A stretch of DNA of 64,000 nt from Eledone cirrhosa (taxonomy: Eukaryota). Position 1 is the stretch's first letter. Each line of letters begins with the position of its first letter. The stretch covers positions 45,570,001 through 45,634,000 of the forward strand of contig OZ024749.1 of the NCBI GenBank assembly GCA_964016885.1, read 5' to 3'. The notes beneath the pieces were generated by a model. It was not told the origin of the DNA. It saw nothing but the letters and a program-made list of their open reading frames with translations, and did no database searches. The position numbers were made by a program, and so were the translations under genes. This document shows positions 29,684 through 45,635 of the stretch, one piece after another.

Positions 29684-30960
29684 CAAAATATATATATATA
29701 TATATATGAAACAAAATTAAAATAAAATGAACTCACAAGACATTAAAAAAATATGTATGATAAAGAAAATGTAGAAGATGAAATGGTGGTCGGTATTCGG
29801 TAATATGATTAGATAGATAGCCTGAGAGGTAAAGGTGATGCTTTGAAAAGTTCGATAGAATCATGTTGAAACCGAATAGAAGAACACATTTTGCATCACA
29901 TCGGTAGGCCGGACTTCGCTAAAGAGTATAATGAAAAGGAGACGTGAAAACGAACATTTAACCTTTTGGCTATTCCATTTAGGGCGTGACACTATACGCT
30001 TCTTCGTTATTCACCATTTCATCTACTTTCATAATATATTTCATTCTAAAGCCTCTGATCTGTTGTTGCTGGTTAAAGTATCTTGAAATCGCAGAAATTG
30101 GTTTCGCTTTTGTTATCATTATCATTATCATTATTATTAGTATTATTATTATTATTATTGCTGCTGTTATTGTTGTCGATGTTGTTGCCATCATTACAAT
30201 TATTATATTATTTCTACCGATGTAGTGGTAGAAGTGGCAGTTGCAGTTCACGTTAATAATAATTGTTCTATGTATGATATATTTATTATTATTATTATCA
30301 GTAGTAATATTAATAGTAGTAGCAATTATAGTAGAAGTACTAGTAGCAGTGGTAGTAGCAGCAGTAGTTGTAAGTTTCTCAGGACTATTAATATTAGTAT
30401 TAATATTGTTATTATTATCTTAGTATACACAGGTGTACGTATCTCCACCTTTTTCTCCTCCTTCGTAGCACTTTTTCTCGACGTGAACATTTCCCATGTA
30501 TCTACAAACCTTTGACGTCAATAATGTTTGAATGCTTGTGTGTGTGCGTGAATGTCTGTGTATGTCTGTGCATGCATTCACACACGAACGTTTGTGTGTT
30601 TGATACTGTTTCTGTTAGTGTATGTATATGGGGAGCATTCATGAACATTAGAAATGAGAATCAGCATAATAGGATTTAAGTCCAAGCGAAGCTTCATGAA
30701 ATATATTTTTTGCGGTGTGCATGTCAATATAAACTTGAAGGTTTCAGCAAACTTTAAAAAGAGTATATCAAGGAAATCCAAACGTTAATACGCCTACGCC
30801 GTAGAAATCGCAGTCAATCACTCTTACACATATTGATATTGATAAAAATACACAAACAACACCTCCCCCCCACACACACACACCAACCCACACACACATA
30901 CACACACACATACACACACACCCACACACACATACACATACACCCACACATACACACACA

Positions 30961-31022
<62 letters not shown>

Positions 31023-31026
31023 CACC

Positions 31027-31120
<94 letters not shown>

Positions 31121-31385
31121 CAGATACTTGGCACACCCAATTTCAGAGAATATCTCTTAATAAATAGCAGAAACGAAACTTGACGCTTCCCACTGTAATC
31201 CTTCATTGAAAATGACACATTGAGGGAAGAGTGCGCTTTTGAGAAAGTCGAAGAAAAAAGACTAATGATGATAAAAATGAAAGCAAAAAGATAAAAATAT
31301 ACAAAGGAAATCTGAATAAAGATACTTGTCAACAATATGTTATAGGAGAGATAATATATAATATATAATATACACAATAGAATAT

Positions 31386-31582
31386 GGGTGGTGGATTGGT
31401 AGTATCGGTAGAACGTCGTATAACATGCTTTGTGACACAGTCATGGTGGGTTATGTCCGGAGTTCAAATCCCATCGAGATTTGCTTTATCTATCATCCTT
31501 ACGGGATCGATAAAATATACTACCATATACGCAACGAGTTCGATTTAATTATTGGCCTCGTCTCTAAATCAGAATCCATTAT
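31386..31582 (+). mobile_element. tRNA-derived SINE family A, diverged
   Basis: GGGTGGTGGATTGGTAGTATCGGTAG ... GGAGTTCAAATCCC ... TCATCCTTACGGGATCGATAAAAT. Confidence 0.8.
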
Positions 31583-34389
31583 ACTACTTTATAGAATTAG
31601 TGGTAGTAATGTCTTACTACGAATTTCACAGTCAATCTTCAAATGATTCTCATTATAGAAACGATAATCTACAATTCATAGACAAAAATTCGATATGACT
31701 ACACGATTGGTTAAACATGTGATATTGCGACTAAACTGGCTCCCCCAGCAGACACTGGAATTAGAACCTCAGCAACACAGCAAAACCTGCAAAAAGTGTA
31801 GATGAACTCTAAAGAGTCAACGGCCATCAACTCGCCATATGGTGAAAATAACATCACCAATCAGTGGTGGAAGTCCATCAGCGAGAGGTTCCTCCAAAAG
31901 GATATATATATGTATGTATGAATGTATACAGTTGGGAGATCCAGGGTGTGTGGGAAAGAGGGAGAGCTGGAGAGAAAGAATCTTTAAAATATATAGACCA
32001 AGGGACATATTTGTTGACTTACTATTCGCAAATATATGTATACTTGTCCATATATCGTGAGATATACCACCAACATATACAGGTATAAATGTATACATAG
32101 TTTTAACCCTTGTGCGTATATTCTTAGATTCATTCAAAAGTATCATTTCAAGAGTTTTCATTTTGTATATATTTTCATATATATTCAGTATATATGTTCC
32201 GGTTTACATCATGGACTGCCTAAGGAATTAACAGTTTTGAGAAATTAGATAAGTATAATGTATATCTTTATTTTATCAGTTTTCTATTGAAGAACTCCAT
32301 AGAAATATCTGGTGAAATCTCATAGTTCTCTATGAAATTCTTTTCAAAGATGCATCCGTTTTACTTACCTGGTAACACGAACTCTTTGATGACCCCTATT
32401 TCAATTTAATACGATTATTTATTGAAAGGGTCCTTAAAACGTTATTGCTGCTCGCACTCATATTCCTACACACAGCTGCGAACAAATAGCCAAGATATAC
32501 AAATTATATATTGTCATTAATTGAGCTTTTTATAACATTTACAGATAGGCAAATGACATAATAGAAGTCTTTTAAATAAATATTTATATTCATATATTAC
32601 TTTCATTAACTTACTATATTCTCTTCCCTATCCACTGCGTCCCTGTTATGAAATAATTCTGCACTATCTTACCCCGTTGCTCTGAATGTTTCTTGTAAAC
32701 ATTCTTCATTCATTTCCGGAGTCAATGATAAAAAGTTCGATTGATATTACATTTTTGCGCGTTATATTTTCCTAACTTTTCTGTGACTAACTGATGAATA
32801 GATACAAACCTTTTGTTCTTGATTTGACGATTTTTATTTATATTTTCGCAACCTTCTCCCGCTGATTTTCATCAAATTGAAATAGCTTTTTATGCGTACG
32901 TTTCACTTTTTTACTGTCTAATTTTCACAAGATCAATGTTAAACAAACATTACGTCATTTAAAGCAATGAATTATATTTCTATGATGAGTTGAAGTGTTG
33001 TCATGAATGCCAGGGGAGGGTCCGCCTTTTACCCGTCAGTGTCATGCTCGCCAAAGGAGGACCCCGCCCATTCCGTAGAGAGTGTCATGATCACAACGGG
33101 CCAAGCGTGATGAGACAAGTATGACATCCTCTTCTCCTTGAACTGACCCCAGGCATCTCTGCACACACGTTAATTTAGCATATGCGGGACACTGTCTTAT
33201 TTGACCTGATTGAAGAAAAAACACGAAGCGGGTTTTCAGAATTTTTTTCTTTTTTGTCTTCAATTAACTGTTCATAAACTTCATCATGAAGTGTAGGATA
33301 GAAAAATAAATAAATTAAAATCCTTAAATAGAAGAAAAAACAAGCCAATTGTTAGACGATAATTCTGAAAATATTTTGACAGCGCGAGTGACAAAGGTTT
33401 CCTCATATTAAACACGAATCAATCAGAATAGTGTTTTTCAACAAGGGCCCCATCTACTCAGAGATAAACGTATATAAATTTTAAAATATTTGAATTTCCT
33501 AACATTTTTATTAAAGTGCAGATGAAATTGTATATGCTTATTTTGTCATAATTTTAGGGTTGACCTAAAATATACGCTTATATGTTGACGAAATGGGTCT
33601 CACAAATGGGGTCGTCTATGACCCCCAAATCACAGAAAATCAAGTAATTGCAATATTTGTCGGATTTTTATTTATAAAATATTTGAATTATAATAGTATA
33701 ATTATGTTACGAAGTGTTGTTTGTCCATATTTCTCACATTATTTTATTGTATTGCAAAAGGACAGCAGGTTCTGTGAGATTACGTAACAAAAGTTGTTAA
33801 ATAGATCCTATAGCTCAATGAAGATAGATTCTCGAAGTCTATTGCTCACTTCAATATATTTTTAAAAACAGTGATCAACTCAACGTTGCTATTTTATTTA
33901 TTTTGTTTATTTATTTTGTATATAGTTTTGAAGCGACAGCACGTTTAAATGAACCCTCGGAGCTTGGGTAAATAAAGAAAACACCAGTTGAATTCCTGAG
34001 TATTATATGACAATATTGAACTCTATGGGATATTATTTCATGCGATTTAACATGATATTTATGCTTATATTATTTTATATGAATTATACGTTTGCATCTA
34101 TATTTCAAATAATAGCATATGTCATATATTCGGATTTCCAGGAATATATAAGCACTCGTGAGTATTATTGGAAACTGAAATACAACATTTACAGAACTGC
34201 CAAGAAAAAAATCTTGATCTCTTTCAGAAAACTTTAAAAAGCTAAACCCTGTATACCATAATTCTATCTCCAGGTTGATTATCATATACTACATGTAAAT
34301 AATAGCAACCCAATTCACACAGACACACAGACACACACACACACACTCACACTCACACACAGTCTTACATATCAATATTTATATATAAT

Positions 34390-34430
<41 letters not shown>

Positions 34431-34520
34431 CCTTCTATCTCTCTTACTCTCTCTCTCTCCCACTCTCTCTCTCTTTTACTCTCTCTCTCTATATATATAT
34501 ACATGTATATATATACATAT

Positions 34521-34556
<36 letters not shown>

Positions 34557-34574
34557 GTATATAGGATATATATA

Positions 34575-34632
34575 TATTGAGTACTCTGGTGCGTTATGGT
34601 CCATCTGGTTCCTTACCACAATTCCTTCGTTA
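34575..34632 (+). mobile_element. Family C, truncated
   Basis: TATTGAGTACTCTGGTGCGTTATGGTCCATCTGGTTCCTTACCACAATTCCTTCGTTA within a TA tract. Confidence 0.85.
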
Positions 34633-34953
34633 TATATGTATATATTATATACACTTATAAACGCAAGCTTGTATTTACTTACATATATTATGTACTGAAT
34701 AACGTATGCAAAATATACTCGAGTTATATATATTTCCATCGTAAATAAATATGTATAGAGAGAAATATATGTTTATAGTATATAAAAGGTGGTTTCCGTA
34801 CGGAGATAAGTATAAGTCTATTATCACAGATCCTTATATGATTCTGGCGGAACATTGTCAATTTGTATCTCCATTAACTAATTACTTTCAGATTTTGAGA
34901 TTTATTTGAATATCTACATTAGATTTATGTATTTGTATGTAAATACGCACACA

Positions 34954-34990
<37 letters not shown>

Positions 34991-35281
34991 GTATATTCAT
35001 GTGTGTGAATATGCATGTGAGTGTTTGTATACATGTATATATGTGTGTATGAATATGCATGTGTATATTTAAGTATAAATATATATATATTCAATTTCCG
35101 TTTTGGTTGCTTAATTATGTTTGGAAGAAATGAAAATGTTGGAATGTCTGACAATGTGTTATGAAACTTCCCATTGCATTTATATTTAAAATCTACATCC
35201 ATTCATGTATACATATAGATAATATGTAAATGTATATATGTATATATATAATATGTATATGTATATATATATGTATTATAT

Positions 35282-35361
<80 letters not shown>

Positions 35362-36206
35362 TAGAGAGAGAGAGAAATATATATATATATATAGAGAGAG
35401 AGAGAGGGAGAGAGGGAGGGAGAGATAGATATATATGTAGATATAGACATAGATCTATGAACATATATACATATATATATACATGCAAATATACGTGTAT
35501 ATATATATATATGTATATATATGAATATATATAATGTACACAGAATATAATCTAATATCAATAATTGGAATATTATAAAAAGGTAATGTTTAAAGGAAAG
35601 CTTACTGAATGTAATAAAAATATTTAATGCCAGAATTGTAATTGCAATTACTCATGATTAAATGGTTGTTTAAACGATAAGTTTTGTAAATTCTATTTCA
35701 ATGTTTTTTAGGATATTTCATCTATTAGAAAATTAGACATATTGAGTGAAGCCTAACCATCTTTGTCTTGTAAACACACACCCATATATATTTATCTAGC
35801 TATCTCTATCTTTCTATATCTCTCTCTCTCTCTATCTCTATCTCTCTCTGTCTCTCCCTCTCTCGCTCTCTCTCTCCATCTCTCTCTTTCTCTCTCTGTC
35901 TCTCTCTCTCTATATATATATATAAACATGGTCCCATATAGGTGCATATACACAATATTTATTTATATACTTATATAATATGCATATTTGTGGTTGACAT
36001 AATATGTAGCATATAGTTGATTAGTTGCAATAATACGATAGATATGCGTAAATGAATGTTTCCGTTTTGCATTTATCGTATTATTGGGCAAATATATTTA
36101 TTTATATATATTTCAATTAGTTTGTAAATATGTAAATAAAATGTTTCCTTATTTACTTCTTGTACATACGTTCCTGCGTTTGGGAGCATATACGTGCATA
36201 TGGGCA

Positions 36207-36319
<113 letters not shown>

Positions 36320-36935
36320 TCTGCATATATATATATATATACACACACGCACATACAGAAACATATGTATATAATTTTTACATAAGAAGAATTTGTAAAA
36401 TGTAATTTATTTCTCATGATTGTAAAGTACTACAATTCATTTTCCAAATTCTGTAAAAGCCCAATGACTTTAATGAACGAATCTTCAATTCCCTCATACA
36501 TATCTCCAACTCAATAAATTGAACCCAATTAGACAGAATATTGTTAAATTTCTTCAATCTTCCTTTAAATTATGGTTCATCATTGAGATTGTTATGAGTA
36601 CCGTCATGCTTATTTATCTATATATTTTAAACATAGACGTATGTAGAAAGTAAGATATACCATTACCGCGTGTACTAAATTTCTGTCTTTCCTACTTTCT
36701 ATTGCCCACTAATGAACTTTCGTGATCCTTAAGCTTCGGCATCCTATTTTTTCTCTCTCATAAAAAAATATATATGTATGTACTATCACACCCATATCTT
36801 ATACACACGTCTATGATGCATATCTTTATATTTCTCTTATACGTTGGAATACAAACAACCTATACACATTATATCAATCTTTATAGTGTTTTACAATCTA
36901 AAAAAAACATGGATTCCTTCACCCAACAACATCAT

Positions 36936-37125
36936 AATTGATTCTACTTTTGGCACAAGGCCAGCAAATACCCAGTGCAATACTGGTACTTTATTTTATC
37001 GACCCCTTAAGGATGAAAGGCAAAGTTAACTTCGGCTGGATTTGAACTCAGAATGGAAAGGGCTGTAACTCTATGCGTCAAAGCATGGCGTCCGACACTT
37101 TACCGAAACTGCCAATCCATCGCCA
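36936..37125 (-). mobile_element. tRNA-derived SINE family A, full length
   Basis: Reverse complement of the 7295 copy over its full length; CATAAT at both ends. Confidence 0.9.
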
Positions 37126-38103
37126 TAATAACGCTGGTGAATTTCATTATGCATCTTATGATAACTCTAACAAAATCAATTAACAAAAAATATCTAGTAC
37201 AGTTTTAATCTCTATAGATATATCAGCATGGACAGTAAAATCTCACTATACAAAAAAACTACCAGTTACTGGAAGTTGATGAAATGACAATTGAAGGTTG
37301 AAATCAAAAAATCTCTTTCTTTGATAACAATGTGTGTGTATGTGTGTGTGTGTGTGGGGGGGGGGGGGTTGTGCGTGTGTGTGTGCATGTGTGTATGTGT
37401 GTGTGAGTGTATGTTTGGCTCTGTGTGTGTGCTTGAGTGTCTATGCGGTCATAAGGACTTCGACTTTCATGACACAGAAAGGATGGGTGGGAGAGTAGGA
37501 TCAATGTAAACGTTTAGATATAAACAACTACCAAATGTAACGTTCTATAATATATACATGTTATAAAATCACTTATGTTAGTATGCATATATATATGTAT
37601 ATGTGTGTGTGTGTGAGTGTGTGTGTGTGGGTGTGGGTGTGGGTGTGTGTGTGTATGTTCGTGAAAGTTGAAGTAAGGGTGATGTTAAGAGCGATAGAAA
37701 GACAAATGTAACAACGTAGATGAGGGGTGAGAATAAGAGGTGAGAAAAAAGTGTAATAGCGCGAGAGTGAGATTAAGAGACAGAAAGCGAAGTAAAGTTT
37801 GTTGTGTATTTTTTTCTAAATAAGTATGTTGTCAACGAGACATCTTACAAAAAAATTTAAACTATGTTGTAATAAATAAATAAATGAACGTCGGATGAAG
37901 TGTCGGCATATGACGAAGGAATCAGTGGAATGTTACACTGTGTAACGCCCCTTTGATCACAGGACTGTCATGCGACTGACAAGGGTGAGAAGCCGTCAAA
38001 GACATAACATACTACACATGTAGATATAAGTATATATCATTTGCATGAGCATACATGCGTATGTATGTAATTTTATAAATGCATCCATACACACACCCAT
38101 ATG

Positions 38104-38160
<57 letters not shown>

Positions 38161-38268
38161 TCATATATATATATATATGTGTGTGTGTGTCTATTTGTGT
38201 GCCTGTAAATATCTGTGAACTCACAAACACACACACACACTCACACAAACGCACACAGAAATACAGAA

Positions 38269-38299
<31 letters not shown>

Positions 38300-38610
38300 A
38301 ATATATATATACATATATATGCATATATATATAATTTAATTTAGGAAAGTTGTCCGATCTGATAATCAACCGACTTTGGTAGTAATCAGATGTAAAGCAC
38401 TCTACGATATGTATTCGTTCACATGCTATCAATAAGGTATCAACCATTGTGTTTATTCTATAAAGAAGAGTGCCGAACGCTGCACCAAATGCTTCCAACT
38501 CTGGTGGACATGGGTGAGTGCTTGGGTTGTGGCAAAGGTCTTCCCCGTACCCTCAAATATGCCGTCAAATCCATGGTGCAAATTTCCGTTTGTGAAGCTC
38601 AAAACTATAT

Positions 38611-38826
38611 TTGTCTTGTAATTTCGAGCAAACACCTTCATTTCATTTTTTATTGATCGAGTATACTCAGTTGAAAATGAATTCCAGCAGTAGCTGGAGT
38701 TTAACCCTGAGCTGGACTAGCGTCCTGTCTAGGAAAATTCCTGTCTCTGTTGCTTAACGTCACGGAAAATGGTATAAGCCTCGGCTTGATGAGCCTCCAT
38801 GCTCAAGACAGATTTAAAACTTTACT
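38611..38826 (+). mobile_element. SINE family B, 5'-truncated
   Basis: AGTATACTCAGTTG...AGCTGGAGTTTAACCCTGAGCTGGACTAGCGTCC...CAAGACAGA aligns with the 50329-50588 copy. Confidence 0.75.
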
Positions 38827-39969
38827 TATATGCCCATTCCACCTCATAAATACCAATACTATATGACTATCATAGCTAACTAATATTTACCTGATACTGT
38901 AGGCTGATCATATCTACTTACATTCGTTTAACAATTAATTGAATAAATCACAATCATTTATCTTTAGATGATGCCCATGATAAAATTAATATTGGTCTGT
39001 GAATTTTGCATGGATATTATTTTGATACTCCAGGAAAATTTCCGACTTCGTTGTAAGTTAAGACATTTTAAATACATTATGTTCCTAGATTCAAACTATA
39101 TAAGTGTTTTCGATAGGAACGTTTATTTATAATTATATACTTGTATTCCTTGTATATGTTTCTTGTTCACTTGATTGATTACTTCAAGTTTACGACTAAA
39201 TAATTTTAAATGGTTCTTTAGTTTTTATTTTATTTTTATAAACTGATTACTTCAGTTTACATATCAAATTAAAACTTTAATTTAAAATAGTTTTATAATT
39301 TTTACATTATTTTTTTCTTTTAAAATAAACGGGGACTTCGTATAGCATATTCTCCAGCATCACAGATTTCAAAAGCCGTTTTATAATATTAGTTTGAAAA
39401 TCATCATGCTTAAAGCAAATACAAGAATGATTTTTCTTTTAAATATGAAGAGTTTAAAGCTAAGTATATCTTTCATTGTTATGCTGTTATCAGATACGTT
39501 CGTTGGAGCATTCTCAATACTAGATAAAAGATGTACTTAAAACACATTGAAGCAACATTAAAAGTTATTGTTTTTCAATGTTAGTTTCAAGTTGATACTA
39601 ATCCATTGCTTATGTCATATTAGCCTTTCGAGTGCAAATTATGGATATAAATATATTCCCTCCATTTTTCTTTTGATTTCGAAAATTCTCCATTTACTCT
39701 CTTACAAACCTATTAGTATTCAACTTAAGAGATATCAGATTGTGGGTCTTCAACTGGGAACAATTACTATGCAATGGTAAAAGAGTGAAAGAGGTTTTAA
39801 GTGTTAGATGGGGGAGAATATATTAACGTGTGTCTAATATATTCCTTTGCTTAGTCTACAACTGAAATAAATCACAACTGACGATATTGTTTTATTTATA
39901 TATTTCTTATTTTCCTTTTTTTTTTCTTCATAACACCCAGTAATGACACACTCTATAGAAGATTTGCTG

Positions 39970-40150
39970 AGTGATATCGCTGTCAGAACTTTGTAATTAT
40001 TCAGCAAAAAAGAACAGATAATAAGAAAAAAACAAATTAAATGGATGCTGATATATTGGAATATTGGAATATCGGAATATAAAACTATGATGTGACAGGC
40101 ACCACTTTCCCCAAAATCCATTCCGTGGATTAGATATTGCAAACTATAAG
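39970..40150 (+). pseudogene. Possible decayed Tc1/mariner transposase fragment
   Basis: Frameshifted peptides QNFVIIQQK ... KWM ... APLSPKSIP resemble the FQQD...W-PP-SPDLNP motif order. Confidence 0.25.
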
Positions 40151-41708
40151 CGCAGTTAATGTGGGTTCTTTGATTTTCAGGCTTTGATGAGAACTATAAA
40201 GTCTTATTTTGGGGCAACATTCCGTTAAAAATCTAAAATGAATAAAGGGAAATAAATATAATTTTTTTCTGAAGAGAAAATATTGAAGAACTCACATGAA
40301 ATTATTGGTAGCGCTTACTGTGAGACATTTTATGTTGCATGTCTGTAATTTTCAATAACGAAATGAACCCTTGCAAAATATTCAAGCATTATAATAATTT
40401 TCTCTCTTGTTCAATATAGATTATTGTTGTGGCACCTTTTTTTCTTTCTAATTCCCGATACTTTACTTGTAGTATTCAGAATAGGTAAATGCCTTGCAGT
40501 ATTTCTCTTTGAAAATTTACTGAGATCAAATCCTGCCATTGCTTGACTGGTTCTCTTTTAACCGTGTTTGCGTTTTCTGTTCCACTATTGGTTTCGACGA
40601 TGGCTGTTCAAGTGTATTGGCCTATGGAACAACATCCTTTACACAAAAACATGCATATTCAACGCAATTTAGTGGAGAGGATCATGTACCGAAATATACT
40701 ATATTGACTAATTACAAAATGCTCCACCGAAAATCGAACAGAAATGTTTCAGAACGTAGGTCGAATGCCATAACAATTAAGGCACGCGATATCCATTATA
40801 ACATATCCATTAGTTATATTAAAGGTAAGTATTTTCATGTAATGAAAAAACAATTAATTATTACGGCAGATTGTATCGAGAGACCAATCTTTGTAAATGA
40901 TCGCCACTATTGTATATCTTATTATTGTTTTTGATGTTTTCAAATGCAGATCAATCTACCATAATCAGTATGTACTTAAATCAATGATACAAATCAACGA
41001 TTTCATCCCTTTAGAACACTGAATGCATCCCACTCCCCGCAAGTACAATACGTATATATTAAAACACAAAACCACATTTAAAATAAGTGACAAATAGAAA
41101 AATAGACAACTAAATACATATTTATAAACACGAAATGATAGAACAGTGACAAATTCTGCAGCAAAAATAGCATCCTTTCAGTTTATAGCATTCATGTTAC
41201 ATACAAAGGTGTTCAAATCGAACCAAAGGAGCAAAGCGAACAAGACCTTTAAAATCATCTAATTAGCGTTGAATCTACTCATATAAGTTTCAGGAAATCG
41301 TAACATCATATATGCCATGAGTCCATATTAGCAGCACTGGCATACGGATATTGGAAGCTGGAGAATATAACCAACCAACCAAGTCCGAAGTAGCACAATG
41401 TTTGGACATATTTCATAATGGAATATGTTTCATTTCTGAAATTTTGTGTTTGTATGTATAGTGGTAGCAAGAGACGAAGAAAATGTTTCGCTTTCACGAA
41501 GAAACAAAAGATTGGTCATATCATCTGGAGAGAAAACATGATACATCCAGCATATGTAGGAAATATGTTAGGTACAATGAAAAAGTGGAATAAAAAAATT
41601 AAAAGCGAGAGAAAAATGTATAAACAGCAATCGAGATTGGTATATGGTAAATTTGATACATACATAAAACACACACACAAACACACACACGCACACGCAC
41701 CCACACAA

Positions 41709-41759
<51 letters not shown>

Positions 41760-42227
41760 ATAAAACAAGCTTAATGATGATTATATATATATAATCATAA
41801 TTAACTTTGTTTTATGTGCAACATTTGGGCAATAAGAGTAATAAATGGGATAGGAAAATAGAATATATATGAACAAATTCGATACGGTGTATGATTTCAA
41901 ACAAGGCTAATTAATTTCATGTGAATGTTCATTCCATCATTAAAATTGTTATGTTAATTCCGAAAAGAATTCCGATAATGTATCTACTTTTACCTTTGCA
42001 AGATGGAGGTGGCTGGCGTCAATTAAACAGATATACATACAAACATATCACAGAAACACACACAAACACACACACGCACACACACATACATACACACACA
42101 CACACATAATTATATATATACATATATATATATATACATATATTCAACTCATACATACATACATACATACATACATACATAAATGTCACTACAGAAAAAA
42201 AAATATATATGTACCAATTTCCTACTA

Positions 42228-42302
<75 letters not shown>

Positions 42303-42629
42303 AAAAAAAGGGGCTTGAAGAGCACATTTGTGATATATTTATTACATGTATAAGAAATGATGTTAAAAATTGTTGTCAGCAAAGCCTAGTTTCTCCGTTT
42401 GGGATTATCAAAACATGTGTTACTAGGTTAAATTGTTTTTTTTTAAATTTAAATCCACTGCATGCTGATTCCCGACCACATTATCCGAACATTCCAGCAA
42501 ATCCTGGGTTGTGTAGATGACTATATAATCTCATATTTCTTTACCAGTTATCATAAGCCAACGATATATATATATATGTGTCGAGGGTGAATAAGTGTGT
42601 TTGTGCGGATGGACAATTAAGAAATTTGT

Positions 42630-42815
42630 GGGCGGTATATTCAGTAGAGCATGTTATTAAAAATCAAAATTAATATGTAGTTAGATCTTTTGTTGTTCTG
42701 AAAGGAAACGTCGCGATCACGGTGTTTGCCTCTCAACTAGTCTTCTGGGTTCGATAAATGATGGATCACTAATGTACTTGGGATAATTCAATAGGTTCCA
42801 ACACTCCCAAAATTG
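42630..42815 (+). mobile_element. Highly decayed SINE family A relative
   Basis: GGGCGG start, GTTCTGAAAGGAAA at the B-box position, TTTGCCTCTCA, GGGTTCGATAAA and ACTAATGTACTTGGG in the expected order. Confidence 0.4.
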
Positions 42816-43260
42816 AAATTTCGTATAATTAAGATATATATGCCTGCGCACTCACACACGTATACAACTATCCATAAAATGCCTGATAAACATTATATTA
42901 TTACAATTGTTTGAATATTTTACAAACACACATAGCTTTATATTGAATATATAAATACTGGTTGACACACATGCATAAAGACATATATAATAGATATTCA
43001 CCATGTCACAGTAACGCGTTCAGAATAGAAACATTTCAAAAGTAAAGAGAAAACAAACATAAATAAAATAAAACGAAAAACTATATACAATCTATAAGAA
43101 ATAGTAACACACATTAGAATTAAACACATACATGCATACACTGATACATCTATGAAAGGAAAGACAAGCAGATTGTCTCGCAAACACAAACACGAAATAA
43201 GAAATGTGTAAACTATTGTAATTTGCTTGTAATCACATACTGATATTAATATAAAGTACA

Positions 43261-43306
<46 letters not shown>

Positions 43307-43325
43307 GTATATACACACACACACA

Positions 43326-43385
<60 letters not shown>

Positions 43386-43397
43386 CACACACACACA

Positions 43398-43437
<40 letters not shown>

Positions 43438-43449
43438 CACACACACACA

Positions 43450-43566
<117 letters not shown>

Positions 43567-43673
43567 GATTATCCAGGGTTCAATCAGAGGTCACCACAGT
43601 AAGTAAGGTACTCAATACATAGCAGAGTATAAATATTTCTCCCGAATCAAACAGTTCTAGTCCTGTAGAAGCC

Positions 43674-43716
<43 letters not shown>

Positions 43717-43746
43717 TGTGTGTATGTGTATAATTAAATATATGTA

Positions 43747-43835
<89 letters not shown>

Positions 43836-43869
43836 TATATGTGTGTGTGTGTATAATTAAATATATGTA

Positions 43870-43904
<35 letters not shown>

Positions 43905-43906
43905 TA

Positions 43907-43951
<45 letters not shown>

Positions 43952-44534
43952 ATTATATACAATCACACACACACACACTCACACATAAATATATATATAT
44001 ATTTTCATTCCTATATATATATATATAAACAGAAAACAAGAGTTTGAAACATAATATAAAGATATAAAAAACATAAGCCAAACTTAAGAAAAAAAAAACA
44101 ACACCAGAATAATTAAGTAAATAAACGAGAAATAGAAAATGTAAACAAACAAATAATAAAAACAAAATAAAACCATGCAACACGGGTATAAACGAGGCCA
44201 AAATCTCGTCGGAGTGGTAAACTAGTTAATAAGCCTGGATTAATTCCAACGTCCATTCGTCTAAGTTTGACCTAGCAATCATTTCCCTTCCTGGCGTAAT
44301 TACACTGGTTTAGGGAGCGAAACAGCCAATGAGTAGTTCAATTAAGTCTAATTAAGATGTTTAACTTCGACAATCAGACAGGGTCTTGTAGGTATTTTGT
44401 TCCGCTCTCGTTTGTCCCCACCGCCGCCTTCCCGCTTTATCTATCTACACCTTCCTTCCACCACCATCATCATCATCACGTCGACATGTATAATTTAGAC
44501 ACATATATTTACACACATACACACGCAAACACAC

Positions 44535-44572
<38 letters not shown>

Positions 44573-44574
44573 TC

Positions 44575-44710
<136 letters not shown>

Positions 44711-44778
44711 TATATACATGTATATGCTTATATATATATATATAAACATATACATATATATATATATTATACATATAA

Positions 44779-44816
<38 letters not shown>

Positions 44817-44826
44817 TTATATATAT

Positions 44827-44983
<157 letters not shown>

Positions 44984-45358
44984 CTTGCGTGTACGACTAT
45001 TCGCCTTTACTTAATTATATAGCTTTTATTTGATTGTTTGTTTTTACTACCACCTCGTTCCTGTTATTGTTGATAGCTTTTCTTGAATTTTCTTTTATAT
45101 ATTTTTCCTTTTGAAGTAATTTACGTTTTTCTTTTTCTATTTGTTCTTACTGTTGTTGTTGGTGTTGGAGGAGTTGAACTTGCGGTTAATCTTTGTTTTC
45201 CTTGTAAAGTGACCTTGAAGAATTCAAGATTTTGGCAACGGTTGTTGTATCTGTTTTGGCATATATATTCACTATTTGCCAAATCAGGGTGTATATATAC
45301 ATATATATTCATACATATATATATATATTGAAACATACAAACACACACTGATAGCGTG

Positions 45359-45493
<135 letters not shown>

Positions 45494-45577
45494 GAGACGT
45501 ATAGAGATTGTTTTAGCAAGAAGCTAACGGCATTCTATAACATATATATATATATATATATATTTAAAGACTTGGTG

Positions 45578-45635
45578 CCCGACGGCTGAGCTCTTGCAAC
45601 TTCAAAGTCTGGAATTAGCTGTCGAAATTGCAAGA
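45578..45635. mobile_element. Family C fragment with inversion
   Basis: CCCGACGGCTGAGCTC (inverted) followed by AGTCTGGAATTAGCTGTCGAAA. Confidence 0.65.

Noticed and set aside
32106-32125. piggyBac left end (TTAA-CCC)
   Set aside because: I found no matching inverted right end and no transposase remnant.
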